Positions 40,777-41,983 of a stretch of 41,983 nucleotides of DNA are shown piece by piece. Every line of letters begins with the position of its first letter. Position 1 is the stretch's first letter. The stretch comes from Candidatus Levyibacteriota bacterium (lineage in GTDB: Bacteria > Patescibacteriota > Microgenomatia > Levybacterales > UBA12049), in contig JACQKR010000046.1 in the NCBI GenBank assembly GCA_016204425.1, forward strand, positions 1-41,983, given 5' to 3'. The notes beneath the pieces are model-generated. The model was given only the letters and a program-made list of their open reading frames with translations, had not been told where the DNA came from and did no database searches. The translations under genes and the position numbers were made by a program.

Positions 40777-40847
40777 AGCGGGTGAAGGGAATCGAACCCT
40801 CGTATCAACTTTGGAAAAGTTGTGTTCTACCATTGAACTACACCCGC
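40777..40847 (-). tRNA. tRNA-Gly (anticodon UCC)
   Basis: rc reads GCGGGTG TA GTTC AATGGTA GAAC A CAACT TTTCCAA AGTTG ATAC GAGGG TTCGATT CCCTT CACCCGC T. Confidence 0.9.
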
Positions 40848-41118
40848 GAGCATATGCTTGGAGAGACACCCCTGGGTTTCTCTCCACCTCTCTTCCTCTA
40901 TTTGTTGTGCTGTCGCGGTGATCCTAATGCGAGCGCGACGGCGCACGTGTTCTTACATTTTACCCAATCCTTGTACTTACAAGAGCTGTGTAAGCGGACA
41001 ATTTTAAAATTACCACATCATCGATTCCAAATTGATCGGTAATTTAGAGTTAATTTTATATGAATCATGGTGCAAATGCAAAAGCACATCATACTGATGT
41101 ATATGTTATAATAATATT

Positions 41119-41919
41119 ATGGGACTTGAAATAAGATCGGGAGGAGAATTTTCTACTATTCCAAGGCAACCCGCTCCTGTTGATCGTGAGCGTTTTCTAC
41201 ACCAAGTACAGGTTGAGATGGGAATTCGAGAATCGCTCATGAGTGGGCCACAAACCTCTGCTATTGTTACGCCAGAAAGGCACGACGAACTATTTCATGA
41301 TATAGCTTTCATAGGGGAGCTTCTTGTGAATTCTGGAGTACCGTTTTTTCTTGGCGGAGGAGCAGGAGTAGCTCTGGCGGGCGAAGAAGACTTGCATCGC
41401 GATCAGTACGATCTCGATTTTAAAGCGTATGCACATCATGCAACTCTACTCATTCCTTTTTTAAACAATGCAGGCTTTCGAACTCTTGATCCTGAAACAC
41501 GTAGATGGTTATTTACAGGAAATAAGATTCCAAAAAAAATTATGGCTTTTAAAACAAATCCAGAGCTCACTGTCGGTCCGGGCCGTTTTGATATCTATTT
41601 AATGGAAAATAGTGATGAAACTATCAGGGAATACCGTAACCTACCAATTCCAGAAGCTGTGTATACCAACGGTACTCGACATGTTGATATCAATGGAGTA
41701 ACGATTCCTGTTGCCCCTCTCCAGGTAACGCTTCTTTACAAATTATGCAGTATTGCAGCGGCTGAACCACCAAGAGGCGCTGATCGAGACGATTTTGCGA
41801 GATATTTCCCAACGCTGTCTGATGAACAGTTTGCTGAATTTTGTGTACTATATAGCTCTATAAAAGATAAATTTCTTTTAGACCTAGAAGCGGAGAAGAG
41901 CCAAACCTTTGATGCATAA
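41119..41919 (+). CDS. Hypothetical protein, possibly a minimal nucleotidyltransferase-fold (pol-beta superfamily) protein
   Basis: 266-aa ORF. FFLGGGAGVALAGEEDLHRDQYDLDF resembles the hG[GS]..D-x-D NTase motif. The assignment is weak. Confidence 0.5.
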   Translation: MGLEIRSGGEFSTIPRQPAPVDRERFLHQVQVEMGIRESLMSGPQTSAIVTPERHDELFHDIAFIGELLVNSGVPFFLGGGAGVALAGEEDLHRDQYDLDFKAYAHHATLLIPFLNNAGFRTLDPETRRWLFTGNKIPKKIMAFKTNPELTVGPGRFDIYLMENSDETIREYRNLPIPEAVYTNGTRHVDINGVTIPVAPLQVTLLYKLCSIAAAEPPRGADRDDFARYFPTLSDEQFAEFCVLYSSIKDKFLLDLEAEKSQTFDA

Positions 41920-41925
41920 AATGTG

Positions 41926-41983
41926 TCGGGGAGAGAGGACTTGAACCTCCGACCTCACGGTCCCAAACCGCGCGCTCTAGCCA
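41926..41983 (-). tRNA. tRNA-Pro (anticodon UGG), 3' portion only; the 5' end lies beyond the window
   Basis: rc reads ..TGGCTAGAGCG CGCGG TTTGGGA CCGTG AGGTC GGAGG TTCAAGT CCTCT CTCCCCG A. Confidence 0.8.

Noticed and set aside
1-41983. Search for rRNA, tmRNA, RNase P RNA, SRP RNA, CRISPR arrays, transposases, integrases and prophage structural genes
   Set aside because: I found no recognisable conserved cores (for example the SRP GGAAGCAGCC-type motif or an RNase P P4 region), no repeat-spacer arrays and no recombinase-like ORFs by eye. Absence by manual inspection is not proof.

Overview
This 41,983-bp window reads like a compact bacterial chromosome, probably a streamlined Patescibacteria/CPR-type organism. 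That placement is an inference from gene content, not a search result.

General picture:
- I count about 40 protein genes, mostly housekeeping (uvrA, uvrC, dinB, rnhB, secG) and cell-envelope or secreted proteins. There are also 7 tRNA genes: Lys-UUU, Lys-CUU, Arg-UCG, His-GUG, Arg-UCU, Gly-UCC and a partial Pro-UGG.
- The genetic code looks standard, because many well-formed genes end in TGA.
- Several promoters sit about 7 nt from the ATG, so many mRNAs look leaderless or near-leaderless.
- I found no rRNA, CRISPR array, transposase or integrase.

The unusual content is mostly non-coding or at gene ends:
1. A structured 5' leader of about 130 nt occurs three times. It ends in an SD-containing GCGAAGGGRGGTGA box and sits upstream of three unrelated membrane or secreted protein genes.
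2. Both tRNA-Lys genes carry homologous trailers of about 125 nt that end in an echo of each tRNA's own 3' terminus. tRNA-His has a 5' echo of the same kind.
3. The first 36 nt of uvrA are duplicated 118 nt upstream, with mostly synonymous differences. This creates a 38-codon uORF that stops 1 nt before the uvrA ATG.
4. Small GIY-YIG nuclease genes sit directly 3' of tRNA-Arg(UCU) and tRNA-Gly(UCC). The Arg locus continues into an AT-rich islet with degenerate tRNA-end echoes, a repeat-flanked two-gene cassette of unknown function and a RelE/YafQ-type toxin-antitoxin pair.
5. A T-box-like leader with an abnormally large antiterminator loop precedes an aminotransferase plus archaeal-type PEP carboxylase operon.
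6. uvrC carries an in-frame palindromic TTCGAA-rich insertion and lacks the C-terminal (HhH)2 domain.
7. A YvcK/CofD-family gene is split by a single in-frame TGA.

Two other genes have homopolymer frameshifts, so assembly errors need to be excluded.

All family assignments come from motif recognition by eye. Nothing was searched against a database.
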